The notes under the pieces were generated by a model. That model did no database searches and was not told where the DNA came from. It saw nothing but the letters and a program-made list of their open reading frames with translations. From positions 593,811 to 657,810 of the forward strand of contig JACKAM010000002.1 in the NCBI GenBank assembly GCA_020635075.1: a DNA stretch of 64,000 nucleotides, given 5' to 3'. The first letter of the stretch is position 1, and each line of letters begins with the position of its first letter. A program made the translations under genes and the position numbers. Below are positions 21,121 through 30,893 of the stretch, piece after piece. The stretch is from Pseudobdellovibrionaceae bacterium. Lineage in GTDB: Bacteria > Bdellovibrionota > Bdellovibrionia > Bdellovibrionales > UBA1609.

Positions 21121-21951
21121 ATGTGCAACTTGTACGAGTACATGGACTATAGGCAGTACCTGCAGGATTACTGTAGGGCACGCAAACAAAGTCATCCAAA
21201 TTTTACGATTCGTAGATTGTCTGAGGAAACCGGCTTCGGATCCACCTCTTATATCTCGATGGTGATAACGGGACAAAGAAACCTATCTCTTTCGGCAATT
21301 GCCAAACTCAACCACGGACTTAAGCACAAAAAGTCGCAAGCTCAGTACTTTGAATTCCTCGTCAGATACAATCAAACCAAAGAGCCTGAAGAAAGATCCC
21401 AGCTTTTGACTCAGCTCACCCGCTTGAGCAAGAGGAGTGGGGCCCCCAGCCGAACTCTCAAGCTCAATCAGTATCTGGTGTTTTCCAAATGGTACTTTTG
21501 GCTTATTCGCGAAATGATCCACCTGAAGGATTTTACCCTTTCCTCAACATGGATTTCCAAGCGAATCAGACAACGACTGAGTCAATCTGAGATTGAAAAG
21601 GCAGTTGATCTGCTTAGCCAGCTAGATTTAATTCGGGAAAAAGACGGCAGACTCTGGATTGATGACCCGAGCCTGGAAAGTGACTTCAATTTGCCGAGCT
21701 CTCTCATTAGGGACTTCCACTATCATATGATTACCCTTGCCCGCGAGGGTCTCCAGCTTCCCCGGGAAGCGAGACACTACGAAGCCCTGACGGTCGCAGT
21801 AAGTGAGACCGATATCCAGTACGTGAAGGAAAAGCTCTACGAATTTCGTGAATCCATTAACGAGTATTTGACCAAAAGCCTCAACGACAAAAGTCAGGTC
21901 TACCAACTGAATCTCAACTTTTTTCCGCTCACCCAGGGAGAAGAAAAATGA
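21121..21951 (+). CDS. TIGR02147/DUF4423 family protein (paralogue 1)
   Basis: YMDYRQYLQDYCRARKQSHPNFTIRRLSEETGFGSTSYISMVITGQRNLS is the characteristic N-terminus of this family. The C-terminus ends ...YQLNLNFFPLT. Confidence 0.75.
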   Translation: MCNLYEYMDYRQYLQDYCRARKQSHPNFTIRRLSEETGFGSTSYISMVITGQRNLSLSAIAKLNHGLKHKKSQAQYFEFLVRYNQTKEPEERSQLLTQLTRLSKRSGAPSRTLKLNQYLVFSKWYFWLIREMIHLKDFTLSSTWISKRIRQRLSQSEIEKAVDLLSQLDLIREKDGRLWIDDPSLESDFNLPSSLIRDFHYHMITLAREGLQLPREARHYEALTVAVSETDIQYVKEKLYEFRESINEYLTKSLNDKSQVYQLNLNFFPLTQGEEK

Positions 21952-23558
21952 AAAACATCTTCGGCATTTTGATCCTAATTTTGACTCCGATAACTGCTTG
22001 GGCCGTCGGCGGCGCCGGAGGAAATGATTTTCTTCGCTACAAACATCCAGTACATGGTTACAGCATCCAATACCCGGTATCCTGGGAGCTGGTTGAGACC
22101 TCTAGCAGCGAAACCGAATTTAACAGCCTTCCCTCATCTCTTCCAACCCCTGATGGATCCTTCCTAAAAATCACTGTTGTCGATGGCTACCAAGGTTCTC
22201 CCGAGGAATATGGCAGGGACTTTCTATGTGGCACCTGCGATTGGCTCAGAGCTTCTGTAAACAACCTAGTTGGAGTCAATCACACCGGCCAATGGACGTC
22301 CGGACCCTACGGTCTCAGGCGTGAAATGTTGGCGGTTCTTCAATTTAGCGGAAAACTCCTAGTGCTAAAGGCAGAGGTCAGTACTTCGCGCGGAGGAGCC
22401 GGAATTGTATCACTCATGATTGAATCTCTAAAAGAAGACTCTCAGCTTGGAAAGCAAGAGAGCTCCATCGACTGGGCAAGAATTGACAGCCCCCAATCTA
22501 CCGTGGGCGGGGCTGTACAAATTCGCCTCAAGGGAATCACTGATCTTGGAGGCTCCGGCAAGGTTGTCGGTCACTTTGCTGATCTCGACAGTAGAATGGA
22601 ATTTCGATTGCGGGGCTCGCTTCAACCTTCTGGCCATCCCATGGAGTATACTGGTGGATTGCCCCTTGGATTGATTCCTGCTGGCACCTATAAACTGGTA
22701 AGCCTTCGTCTGGAATCAGAAGTCGGCACCTTCCATCCCCAGGGTGGCTACTGGGTTGAGGTTTTAGATCCCTCGCGCCGGAGTCTGCCGTTTGCCCTCT
22801 GGACGATCACAAACCCTTCAAAGGTCATCGAAGTCAGAGTCGGCGAAGTTGCCAAGATTCCATTCGCGACCAACTTTCAGGCCAATGACTTCATCAGCGA
22901 AGGGAGCTGGCCGTTGACCTGGGAGTCGCCTCAGAATTTCTCTGTCGAAATACCTATTCCCGAAACTCTCCCGGAAGGCGAATACAAAATTCAGATTGCT
23001 GGAATGGAGAGGATCTTCGTCAACTACAAGCTGTTTCAGTTTCCAGGCCTGATTGCAGAACCCTTTAATGGTCCCGTGGTTGTCGGCTACAGGGATCTTA
23101 AAATCAAAGTCGTTAACCCAAATCGCTTGGACTCCCCCTTGAAAATCGTCGGTATTTCAGGGCCACGGGCACAGGTTCGCTGCGGCGATGATGTGGAGTT
23201 GCAGGTTGAGTTTAACCATTCCCCCGACAAGGTTTCCGTTTTTCTCCCAGATTCAGCTAGAAACCTCCAATCGGGTCTAGCGGTACGGCTGCCCATTAAA
23301 ACTCAAGTGGATGGGAATTTTCTCAGGCTATGGGCCGGTTCAAGCTGTTTTTCCACTCGTCCAATCGGGCCCACTGATATGGAACTTCGAGATCTTAAGA
23401 GCCATCAAAGGATAAAAGTGACTCTGTGGAAAAACAAAGTCTGGGCCGAAGGTTCAACTATCAACTACTTCGACGCGTTCGGAGAATTTGGCACGTTTGA
23501 CGTTTTCAACTTCCCTCAGGCGAATCCGGTTTACTTGGTTAGCCCGATTGAATGGTAA
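21948..23558 (+). CDS. Secreted hypothetical protein (536 aa)
   Basis: Signal peptide MKNIFGILILILTPITAWA. 4-nt overlap (ATGA) with the TIGR02147 gene. Confidence 0.65.
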   Translation: MKNIFGILILILTPITAWAVGGAGGNDFLRYKHPVHGYSIQYPVSWELVETSSSETEFNSLPSSLPTPDGSFLKITVVDGYQGSPEEYGRDFLCGTCDWLRASVNNLVGVNHTGQWTSGPYGLRREMLAVLQFSGKLLVLKAEVSTSRGGAGIVSLMIESLKEDSQLGKQESSIDWARIDSPQSTVGGAVQIRLKGITDLGGSGKVVGHFADLDSRMEFRLRGSLQPSGHPMEYTGGLPLGLIPAGTYKLVSLRLESEVGTFHPQGGYWVEVLDPSRRSLPFALWTITNPSKVIEVRVGEVAKIPFATNFQANDFISEGSWPLTWESPQNFSVEIPIPETLPEGEYKIQIAGMERIFVNYKLFQFPGLIAEPFNGPVVVGYRDLKIKVVNPNRLDSPLKIVGISGPRAQVRCGDDVELQVEFNHSPDKVSVFLPDSARNLQSGLAVRLPIKTQVDGNFLRLWAGSSCFSTRPIGPTDMELRDLKSHQRIKVTLWKNKVWAEGSTINYFDAFGEFGTFDVFNFPQANPVYLVSPIEW

Positions 23559-23577
23559 TTGGTTTTGGAGACGGCCC

Positions 23578-25602
23578 CTACTGACTGCCACCAATCTTGA
23601 AGTTCCTCAGCCTGGGCGAACTCCCCGGAATCCGGGACTCGAACCAGCCCTGAAGCTGAAAGTAGCGGCTGGTTTGATTAAGAGGCCCCATGTCTAGGGA
23701 AGGGAAGAGCATCGAAGAATTGACGAACTCTGACCAGAAGGTGGAGCTTGATCCGTCAAAGCCAATGAAGCTAGAGTTATCTGAACAATCAGACTGAGTA
23801 CACGCTCGAACCTGAAATTGCACACGGTAGGCTCCGCGCTTATAGAGATTTAAAACTTCGGCGTCAGCCATTTGGCGATTCCAAATGGCAAGCTCATCAA
23901 TCTGCCCCTCTAGAGGATTGGACACGGGAGTAACCGTACCGTCTCCACTGCCAATCGTCGAAGCCCCAATCGCCCAGGGTTCAAAATTGCCCGCCCCACC
24001 AGAAGATGCGTCCAGACCTCCGGAATAGGGGTCAGTGGCGAGCGGTTGACCGTCAACATAGAGCTTCATCCCCGCTGCGCCAAATGAGGCCGCTACGTGG
24101 TGCCAGCTGTTCAAAGACAAAGGGGTGCAATTGGTCGTAATGGTATTGTCGGCCGTACTCGACTGGATTCTGAGTCTTACTTCAGAGTTCGGAACAACCT
24201 TAAGATCAAAGTGTCCACCCGTATCAAAGCCGCTTGAATCTTTTGATACGATTCCATAAGTTCCGCCAGACCCAGTGACCTTAACCCACACGGAAACCGT
24301 CCCTTCACTTAAATCGAAATCAGAGTGATGAGGGATTTCCAGGTACTGAGTTCCATCAAATGCCATGGCCCCACCAAAGGCGCCTTGATTGCTCACCGTC
24401 GGACAGGTTCCCGTACATGAACCCGTGTGAACAGTGGAGGTTCCTCCAGAGTCGTCAACAAAGGTAGTGGGCGTTCCCGTCTCGTTGAGGTGATATAGAA
24501 GAACATTTCCCGTCATACTGACATTTCCGGAAGAATAACCGGTTTCAGTGGTTTGGTTGTTTGGGAGCTCTTTTCCATAGGGTGCCTCAGGCTCCCAACT
24601 CAGAATCTGCCAATTGAGACTACCGCCGGCATTGAGAACAGGCGAACGAAACTCACCGTAGAGCTTACCCTGCCTATCATATACGAGCTTGATTTCGCTG
24701 GCGGTCAGAGCCCTACTCCAAACAGAGGCCTCATCAAGCTTACCCTTCCAATAGCGAAGATCTCCCACACATCTTTTTCCGATATAAAGAGGCGAACCGT
24801 CATTAACCAGGCTTCCTGTCTGGCTAAGGGATGCAATCTTTTTGCCGTCCGCGTAGTAAACCATTTCGGAGCCATTGTAGGTTCCAGCAACGTGGGTCCA
24901 TTGCCCTTTGGTGATTGTTCCGACGTCCATTCTCTTGTAGCCACCGACTGTGGTTGTCGTGCGGAAGTTGAACTGTGCTCCATTATCGATTCCTAGCATA
25001 TAGGTCTCGTTATTCACACTCGGCCCTTTGCACAGGAGCGCAAGATCAGTCGTGACAGATGGATCAACCCATATCCAACCCATTACCGTTAGTTGATCAC
25101 CAGTAATTTCGATTTGTGCTGTGTTAGCCACCTCAATGTAGTCGTTCACGCCATCGAACACCATGCCGCGATCCACTTGGGCCGACTCACAGGTCAAAGT
25201 GGCATCACCATCTTTGCTTAGGCCTGGAGTTAAACCTAAAACATCCTGAACACTCGCGTTGTTACCGACCAATCCGTCTGAGCCCTGATCCAAGCGCCAG
25301 TAAGCCGCCAGACCGGTAGTGTTAATCCAAGAAGAGTTTAGGGGATAGCTACTGGGTATTGAGGGACTTTGTTCAAGACCGATCCAACCATCTAAGGCAT
25401 CGTAGGCAAGACCATCAGAACTTCCTTCAGATCCAGCGACAATTCCTGAAAGATTCAAATTAAAATGGGTGGTGATACTCGGGGGCAGCAGTGCATTGGG
25501 GTCACCACTAATTGACCCACTGATTTGGTTGTCCCCTAAACGACAACCAAGCATGAAGACCGAGATGGCCAATGTCCCTAAGAAAACGTACCGCTGAGAC
25601 AT
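23578..25602 (-). CDS. Lipoprotein with two LamG/concanavalin-A-like (Laminin_G_3) domains
   Basis: ATG at 25602 (GGAAGGA upstream) gives MSQRYVFLGTLAISVFMLGC. Two copies of the LamG_3 end motif are present: LDEASVWSRALTASEI and IDELAIWNRQMADAEV. Confidence 0.75.
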   Translation of the reverse strand: MSQRYVFLGTLAISVFMLGCRLGDNQISGSISGDPNALLPPSITTHFNLNLSGIVAGSEGSSDGLAYDALDGWIGLEQSPSIPSSYPLNSSWINTTGLAAYWRLDQGSDGLVGNNASVQDVLGLTPGLSKDGDATLTCESAQVDRGMVFDGVNDYIEVANTAQIEITGDQLTVMGWIWVDPSVTTDLALLCKGPSVNNETYMLGIDNGAQFNFRTTTTVGGYKRMDVGTITKGQWTHVAGTYNGSEMVYYADGKKIASLSQTGSLVNDGSPLYIGKRCVGDLRYWKGKLDEASVWSRALTASEIKLVYDRQGKLYGEFRSPVLNAGGSLNWQILSWEPEAPYGKELPNNQTTETGYSSGNVSMTGNVLLYHLNETGTPTTFVDDSGGTSTVHTGSCTGTCPTVSNQGAFGGAMAFDGTQYLEIPHHSDFDLSEGTVSVWVKVTGSGGTYGIVSKDSSGFDTGGHFDLKVVPNSEVRLRIQSSTADNTITTNCTPLSLNSWHHVAASFGAAGMKLYVDGQPLATDPYSGGLDASSGGAGNFEPWAIGASTIGSGDGTVTPVSNPLEGQIDELAIWNRQMADAEVLNLYKRGAYRVQFQVRACTQSDCSDNSSFIGFDGSSSTFWSEFVNSSMLFPSLDMGPLNQTSRYFQLQGWFESRIPGSSPRLRNFKIGGSQ

Positions 25603-25763
25603 GAAGTCCTTCCTATCAATATTATCGACTCCTGCCCCTCCCGAGAAAAGAGTCCACAGTACTTTCGACGAAATCTTAACGGAATTGCGGCTCAATCTGA
25701 GAAACTGAGCCATAAACGTTCCAGCTGGAGACTGGTCATTAGGTTGACTTTTTCGGGACAGTA

Positions 25764-25952
25764 TTACCGATAGGCCTTGTCCACCTCTTCTTTGATCAGG
25801 CGCCTCAGGCTTTCCATGCCAAAATCATCCAGGGCCCTACCGTTTTCAAAAAAGGTGGGCGTCCCGCGGACGTTAAGAATCCGCAGATGCTCAAATATCA
25901 ACTCGGGTTTGGAATCATGGTGGCTGCCCCACTGTGGTTGGTAATAAAACAA
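25764..25952 (-). pseudogene. Remnant of a DsbA/thioredoxin-fold gene (C-terminal ~60 codons only)
   Basis: GTPTFFENGRAL...LIKEEV is a DsbA-type C-terminus. An in-frame TAA lies 10 codons upstream of the track ORF start. No CXXC-containing N-terminal part is found in any frame upstream. Confidence 0.4.
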
Positions 25953-26133
25953 AAGCTCTAAAGCCTTCCAATGCCGATCTTAGCCTCGCCTCGGCTCTCT
26001 AGTTGACGTGCCTTGACTACAAGAATGGTCCGGAATCAGGACCTGGCCCACCCTTTGCTTTGGGACTATGCGGGTCCAATTTAAGGGTCTGGGTAGAGAC
26101 TAAAGATGTCGATGACATCGGCATACCTTAGAT

Positions 26134-27528
26134 ATGGAGCGAAAAATGTCACTTACTACAAAATCTGTCGGTTTCATCGTCACCGCTATGGCTGCCACAC
26201 TGTCTTTTACCGCAACCGGTAAGGGCCGCCTCCCAATTAGCAAAATGGATTTTCCAACAAAGGTCGTCAGCGTCGATTTCACCTCGGTGACCTCCCCTCG
26301 CTATGATCGGGATGGCATGAACGAATTCTTGATCGCTCCAATTTTGTCCTGTGCTAAGGACATTTCGGAGTTTTTACCCCGATCACGGGCTCTGTTTGAT
26401 CTCGCAAGCGTCCCGGCAGTCCAATCCTACTGCCAACCCATCCATGTAAGGGGGGCCACCGGTAAAATCTCCCTTGGTGCAGAAGAACTCACTACAGTTT
26501 ATCCAAACGGACAGCTCAGCGTTAAGGCTCCCATCGATGTCTTTGGTTCCGAGACCCACCTCGTGTTGGTGTGGCTCGAACTCAACAAATCAGCCGCTGC
26601 TGCCGGCACCATCGTCAACTGGGCTGCGAGTGAGGTTTTCAAAGTTGACTGGGGTTACAATGTTATCGGCTACCATTCTGTTCAGATTATTAACGATGAA
26701 AACAAGGGTCATCTGGCAATGAGCCCCACCTCCGAAGGTGTTGGCGAAGGTTCAGCTGTCGCTAGTTATACTATTCAGCCGTATGCAAAGGGCGAAATGG
26801 AAAAAACCGATCAGCTCACTTATGAACTGTTATCCCGGAAAACGAGTGTCGCTGACCTGCATGACTTTCGCAACCTTGGTTCTCCATCTGAGCAGATCGT
26901 TCACCTGGAAAAAATTGCCAAAGAAATCGGCAATGAGTTTGGACTGAAAATCTCATTAGGGACTTTGGACGCAGGGAACGTGGAAAAATGGCAAGGACGG
27001 GTTTATGGTCAACTGGCTCAGATTGAAGACGCCCTTTATACGACAAAAGAAAGACATCCAGATTTAAAGTGGTCCCCTAACACCAAGATCGTTGCCTTTG
27101 AAAACTGTGACATTAACCACCTCCCTTCTGACAAATCCAATCCAGTTATTTGCTTTACAACATTTGGAATGTGGCGAAATGCAATGGAACGAGTGGGGCA
27201 CCGCTCCTGGATTACTTCAGATGAGAACGACCTATTAGGACGTCAGTCTGAAGAATACTACTACTGCAGACGAGAAGCCGGAATCGGCTGCTTACTAATA
27301 GGCCTCACCTCGAACGTGGCCGACGTCGCCAACTACAGTCTCCAGTGGGGTGATTTGGCCCTAAGCCAGGTACAAGGCCTTTTCGACAGTGAACACGAGC
27401 CTTACTCCCGCAGCAACTACGACTACTCTATGTTTCAGGTTCTGCCTCAAAAGATCATTAAAGCAATGCGTGATGTCTCTTCGCCCGGCTATGATGGCAA
27501 GTTGATCAATTTAAAGGGCGGCAAGTAG
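26134..27528 (+). CDS. Secreted hypothetical protein (464 aa)
   Basis: N-terminal signal-like segment VGFIVTAMAATLSFTATG. I recognise no family. Confidence 0.6.
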   Translation: MERKMSLTTKSVGFIVTAMAATLSFTATGKGRLPISKMDFPTKVVSVDFTSVTSPRYDRDGMNEFLIAPILSCAKDISEFLPRSRALFDLASVPAVQSYCQPIHVRGATGKISLGAEELTTVYPNGQLSVKAPIDVFGSETHLVLVWLELNKSAAAAGTIVNWAASEVFKVDWGYNVIGYHSVQIINDENKGHLAMSPTSEGVGEGSAVASYTIQPYAKGEMEKTDQLTYELLSRKTSVADLHDFRNLGSPSEQIVHLEKIAKEIGNEFGLKISLGTLDAGNVEKWQGRVYGQLAQIEDALYTTKERHPDLKWSPNTKIVAFENCDINHLPSDKSNPVICFTTFGMWRNAMERVGHRSWITSDENDLLGRQSEEYYYCRREAGIGCLLIGLTSNVADVANYSLQWGDLALSQVQGLFDSEHEPYSRSNYDYSMFQVLPQKIIKAMRDVSSPGYDGKLINLKGGK

Positions 27529-27606
27529 TCGCTGCCTTACCCCCTGATTCTATCGACGGCAACTCGGCATTTGGAGTTGCCACCCAGATTTGGCACTAAA
27601 AAAAGA

Positions 27607-28866
27607 TTATTTTGACCCCGAGTACAGATATTCCAGGTCTTGGGGAGATAATTGTTTAGAAAGATCGATCGACCGCACCGTTCGGTCGGTCTGCTCATTG
27701 GTAATCGGACCGATCGCTAACAAGTCTGTTCTTGGATGGGCCAGCACATAGGCGTTGAGCATCTGATCAACGGTATAACTGGTTCCATATTTTTGATTAA
27801 ACACTTCAGTAAAAGTGACGACCCGATGCCATCGAGCTTCATTTTCGGATGTAAAGATCGAGTGGTAGACATTCTTCCAATAGGGGTCACCTTTAAGGAA
27901 TTTGTCATAAGCATGGGCCTTGGCGTTCTCCCACTGCGGGGCCGGCTTGTCCAAAATACTGAAGCCGCCAAGAGGAGAATAGGGCATGATTTTGATTCCT
28001 TTTTGGAAGTTGGGATCCATCATTTCTTGATGGGTGACTTGTACTCCCAAAGCATGGATGGATCTTTTGCTCATTTCAAACAAAGAAAAATAGGGGCTGT
28101 TAATAGTTGGGCGTATCAAGTTGGGCTGAGCTCGGCTGATCTGCACGGATTGGTCAACCCTATCCGCCACCCAGTTTGACCAACCCATCATCCACGCCTT
28201 GCTGCGGATTCGGCTATCTGACAGGGACTCCATGATTGTTTTGACTGGTGTTTTCTTCCGTTTGACTGGGTCAAATTCCACCGCATCACCGTCATCTCGG
28301 TGCATGAGATAAACAGTGACTTCGCCGTTGAGGTTATTAAGGGTGTGGCCCATCTCCTCACTCACCCGCTCAACAATTTGCCCAGAGTCGCCAAAAAGCC
28401 TACTGGCGTAGGTCCCAGCAGGATAGTCACCTTGCTTAATGAGGCTCAGAGCTTGCCTGAGCTCTGCCGAGTGGCTACCGGGTGGAAAATTTTGCGACCA
28501 AAACAGGTCGAAGGGAAATCCACCCTTTGAAAGGACGTAAATATCCTTTGAGGGATGTTGCTTTCGCCTTTGCTCTCTCCACTTGCCAAGGCGATACTCC
28601 ACACCGCCCACGTAGATAGGCGATGTATCAAAGAAGTTAATCCCTAAGTCGGCTGCGTGATCTAAAACTTCAAAAGCCTTGGCGTCGGAGTACTCGGGCC
28701 AACCTGGATGCACCCAACCGCCCTGAATCAAATGATCAGTACCCATAACCAAGCGGGAGAAGTTCTTACAGTCGTTCTCGGCCCGACAGATCTTCACATA
28801 CTCCATGGCCAAAGAGGCTGAGGAAACTAGTCCACTGAGGACCAAAGAAAACAAACGCAATCTCAT
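27607..28866 (-). CDS. Aldo/keto reductase family protein with signal peptide
   Basis: GINFFDTSPIYVGGVEYRLGKW. ATG at 28866 gives MRLRLFSLVLSGLVSSASLA. Confidence 0.75.
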   Translation of the reverse strand: MRLRLFSLVLSGLVSSASLAMEYVKICRAENDCKNFSRLVMGTDHLIQGGWVHPGWPEYSDAKAFEVLDHAADLGINFFDTSPIYVGGVEYRLGKWREQRRKQHPSKDIYVLSKGGFPFDLFWSQNFPPGSHSAELRQALSLIKQGDYPAGTYASRLFGDSGQIVERVSEEMGHTLNNLNGEVTVYLMHRDDGDAVEFDPVKRKKTPVKTIMESLSDSRIRSKAWMMGWSNWVADRVDQSVQISRAQPNLIRPTINSPYFSLFEMSKRSIHALGVQVTHQEMMDPNFQKGIKIMPYSPLGGFSILDKPAPQWENAKAHAYDKFLKGDPYWKNVYHSIFTSENEARWHRVVTFTEVFNQKYGTSYTVDQMLNAYVLAHPRTDLLAIGPITNEQTDRTVRSIDLSKQLSPQDLEYLYSGSK

Positions 28867-28966
28867 GATTAAACCCCGGTTGAAGTCACCCACTTAATGA
28901 GAGTAGATTTACTCCTAGTTCCCAAGCTCCGCAACAGGGCCCGTGACCGCTGAAAAAGTTATCGGC

Positions 28967-29905
28967 CTACTTGATCCAACTGATGGGATTTAACTCCGAT
29001 TTGTTGATTTCTAATTTGAACAGATCGGGACGGGAATAGTGACCACCAATATCCATGGATCTTCGGGCATCGATGACGGCGCCCAAATCATACTCGGAAT
29101 AGAGAATTCCTTTTTCCTTATTCATGGGGCCTGCAGCCTCGGGACCAAATGGCCGGTAGAGAACCGCATCGCCATTGGATAGCCAGTCTTCTGGATCAGG
29201 AAAGACTTCGTTTCTGTGGGGCACATCTTCGGGAATATCCTTTGCCTGAATCGCAGTTGAGCAACCTGCCACCCAACATCCACCCTCGCGGGCAATGTGT
29301 CTTAGAGTTCCCAACCATGATTCACCACAATCCCAAGTCGGAGCCAGATAAAGCTCAACGCCTTGGGCGTAAAGAGCGTAGCGGGACAAAGGCATATAGT
29401 TTTCCCAGCAGATCAGAGTGCCGATTTTACCTGCAGGAGTCTGAACAACGTTTAGTCCTCTGGCATCTCCCCAGCCCCAAACCATGCGCTCTGGATTGGT
29501 AGGGATCAATTTTCGATGTACGTTTAAGATATTACCCTCCGGACAAATGATCGCGTATGAGTTGTAAAGAGTTGATCCGCTGGCCTCGGAGTTGATTTCA
29601 TGAAAACCAACGGCCACAGTAATACCACTTTGTTTTGCTGCTCTTTGGATCCTGCCGAGCCCATCCTTGCCAAGGTCAACTGAGTTTTCAAATAGGCGAT
29701 GGTGAAGATCCTTGGATTTTCCCATATCCCCACCCGGCTTGAGACGCCAAACCCAGGATGGATACCCAGGCAAATAGGCTTCGGGAAACATCACCAAGTC
29801 CGCGCTATTGCGCGCAGACTCAGCTATCTGATCGCAGACCTGTTCTATGGTACGCGCGAGATTAAGCAACACTGGTGGACTTTGAACAATTGCTAGCTTC
29901 TTCAT
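28967..29905 (-). CDS. Nitrilase / carbon-nitrogen hydrolase family protein
   Basis: MKKLAIVQ...FPE...HRKL...GTLICWENYMP gives the Glu, Lys and Cys triad blocks. The gene lies 7 nt downstream of the methyltransferase stop. Confidence 0.85.
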   Translation of the reverse strand: MKKLAIVQSPPVLLNLARTIEQVCDQIAESARNSADLVMFPEAYLPGYPSWVWRLKPGGDMGKSKDLHHRLFENSVDLGKDGLGRIQRAAKQSGITVAVGFHEINSEASGSTLYNSYAIICPEGNILNVHRKLIPTNPERMVWGWGDARGLNVVQTPAGKIGTLICWENYMPLSRYALYAQGVELYLAPTWDCGESWLGTLRHIAREGGCWVAGCSTAIQAKDIPEDVPHRNEVFPDPEDWLSNGDAVLYRPFGPEAAGPMNKEKGILYSEYDLGAVIDARRSMDIGGHYSRPDLFKLEINKSELNPISWIK

Positions 29906-29912
29906 TTGGACC

Positions 29913-30776
29913 TCACTTTGTTCCCACAGCAACTAAGACTTCACAAGGTCCTTCAAATCGGCCACCCTGTTCGAACTGTCGCAGCTGATCTTCGATTTCC
30001 TGCCAAATATCATCTTTTTCCACGTCCGAAGCTGAGGATAACATTTGATGTAAGGCTCCAAATGACTCCTGTTCAAACTGCAAACACTCAGCTGCCGACG
30101 AAAGGCGCACAGGGGCATCAATGGCCACGACTTTTACGTCTTTAAAACCAGCATCGACAAAGGCCTTTTTAAGAACCTCTTTGTTTCCCAAACTAAAGGG
30201 ACCAGGTTGTCCGGGAAGTGGCGCGGGCAGATTTGCCCTTTTGCGAATAATCGATACCGGCAGGGAAAAGAAACCATTTTTTTCAGCAGTCGAGTAGACG
30301 ACCGCCCCAATCTTTCCACCTTCTTTGAGTTGCTTTCTCATACCTTGAAGCGCTTTTTGTTGGTCGGGAAAATATATAAGTCCCACTCTAGATATCACCG
30401 CATCAAAGAGTTCTGTCTCTAGTTCTGCCAGATGCTCACCGTCCATCTCCATCACATCGAGATTATTTAATCCCTCAAGACGAGCCGAAGACTTGGCAAA
30501 CTTAAGAATCTTAGGTGACAAGTCAGTTGCAAGGACATAACCCTCAGACCCTACCCTTTTGGCGGCGGCGACACTTTGCTCACCAGCTCCGGCAGCCACA
30601 TCCAAAACCCGCTTGCCCTCATTAAGATCACAGAGATCAAACATTGTTTGAGTCGCAGGGCCAAGCCATCTGGACAAGAGGGGTCCCCACCGGTGCCAGG
30701 CCTCAGCGGCTGAGTTCCATTGGGTTCGGGTGGTGGTTTTAAAGGCCTGGGGGTTAAAGGTATTAGGTGTGCTCAC
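29913..30776 (-). CDS. Class I SAM-dependent methyltransferase
   Basis: VLDVAAGAGEQS and LKEGGKIG. Start set to GTG at 30776 (AAGGAG 6 nt upstream). The longest ORF would overlap the divergent LysR gene. Confidence 0.8.
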   Translation of the reverse strand: MSTPNTFNPQAFKTTTRTQWNSAAEAWHRWGPLLSRWLGPATQTMFDLCDLNEGKRVLDVAAGAGEQSVAAAKRVGSEGYVLATDLSPKILKFAKSSARLEGLNNLDVMEMDGEHLAELETELFDAVISRVGLIYFPDQQKALQGMRKQLKEGGKIGAVVYSTAEKNGFFSLPVSIIRKRANLPAPLPGQPGPFSLGNKEVLKKAFVDAGFKDVKVVAIDAPVRLSSAAECLQFEQESFGALHQMLSSASDVEKDDIWQEIEDQLRQFEQGGRFEGPCEVLVAVGTK

Positions 30777-30893
30777 TTTTGATCTCCTTTGTTCGTTAGC
30801 GACTTTCCCAGTATAAGCTGTTGATTTTTGCTGACAATTGGCCAAATATCGAAAGCAGATGTGCATTTTTGCACAAAAATGGGCGGATTATCG

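Noticed and set aside
27558-27581. 8-bp stem hairpin GGCAACTC-N8-GAGTTGCC between convergent genes, considered as a terminator.
   Set aside because: No U-tract follows the stem on either strand, so I did not list it as a terminator.
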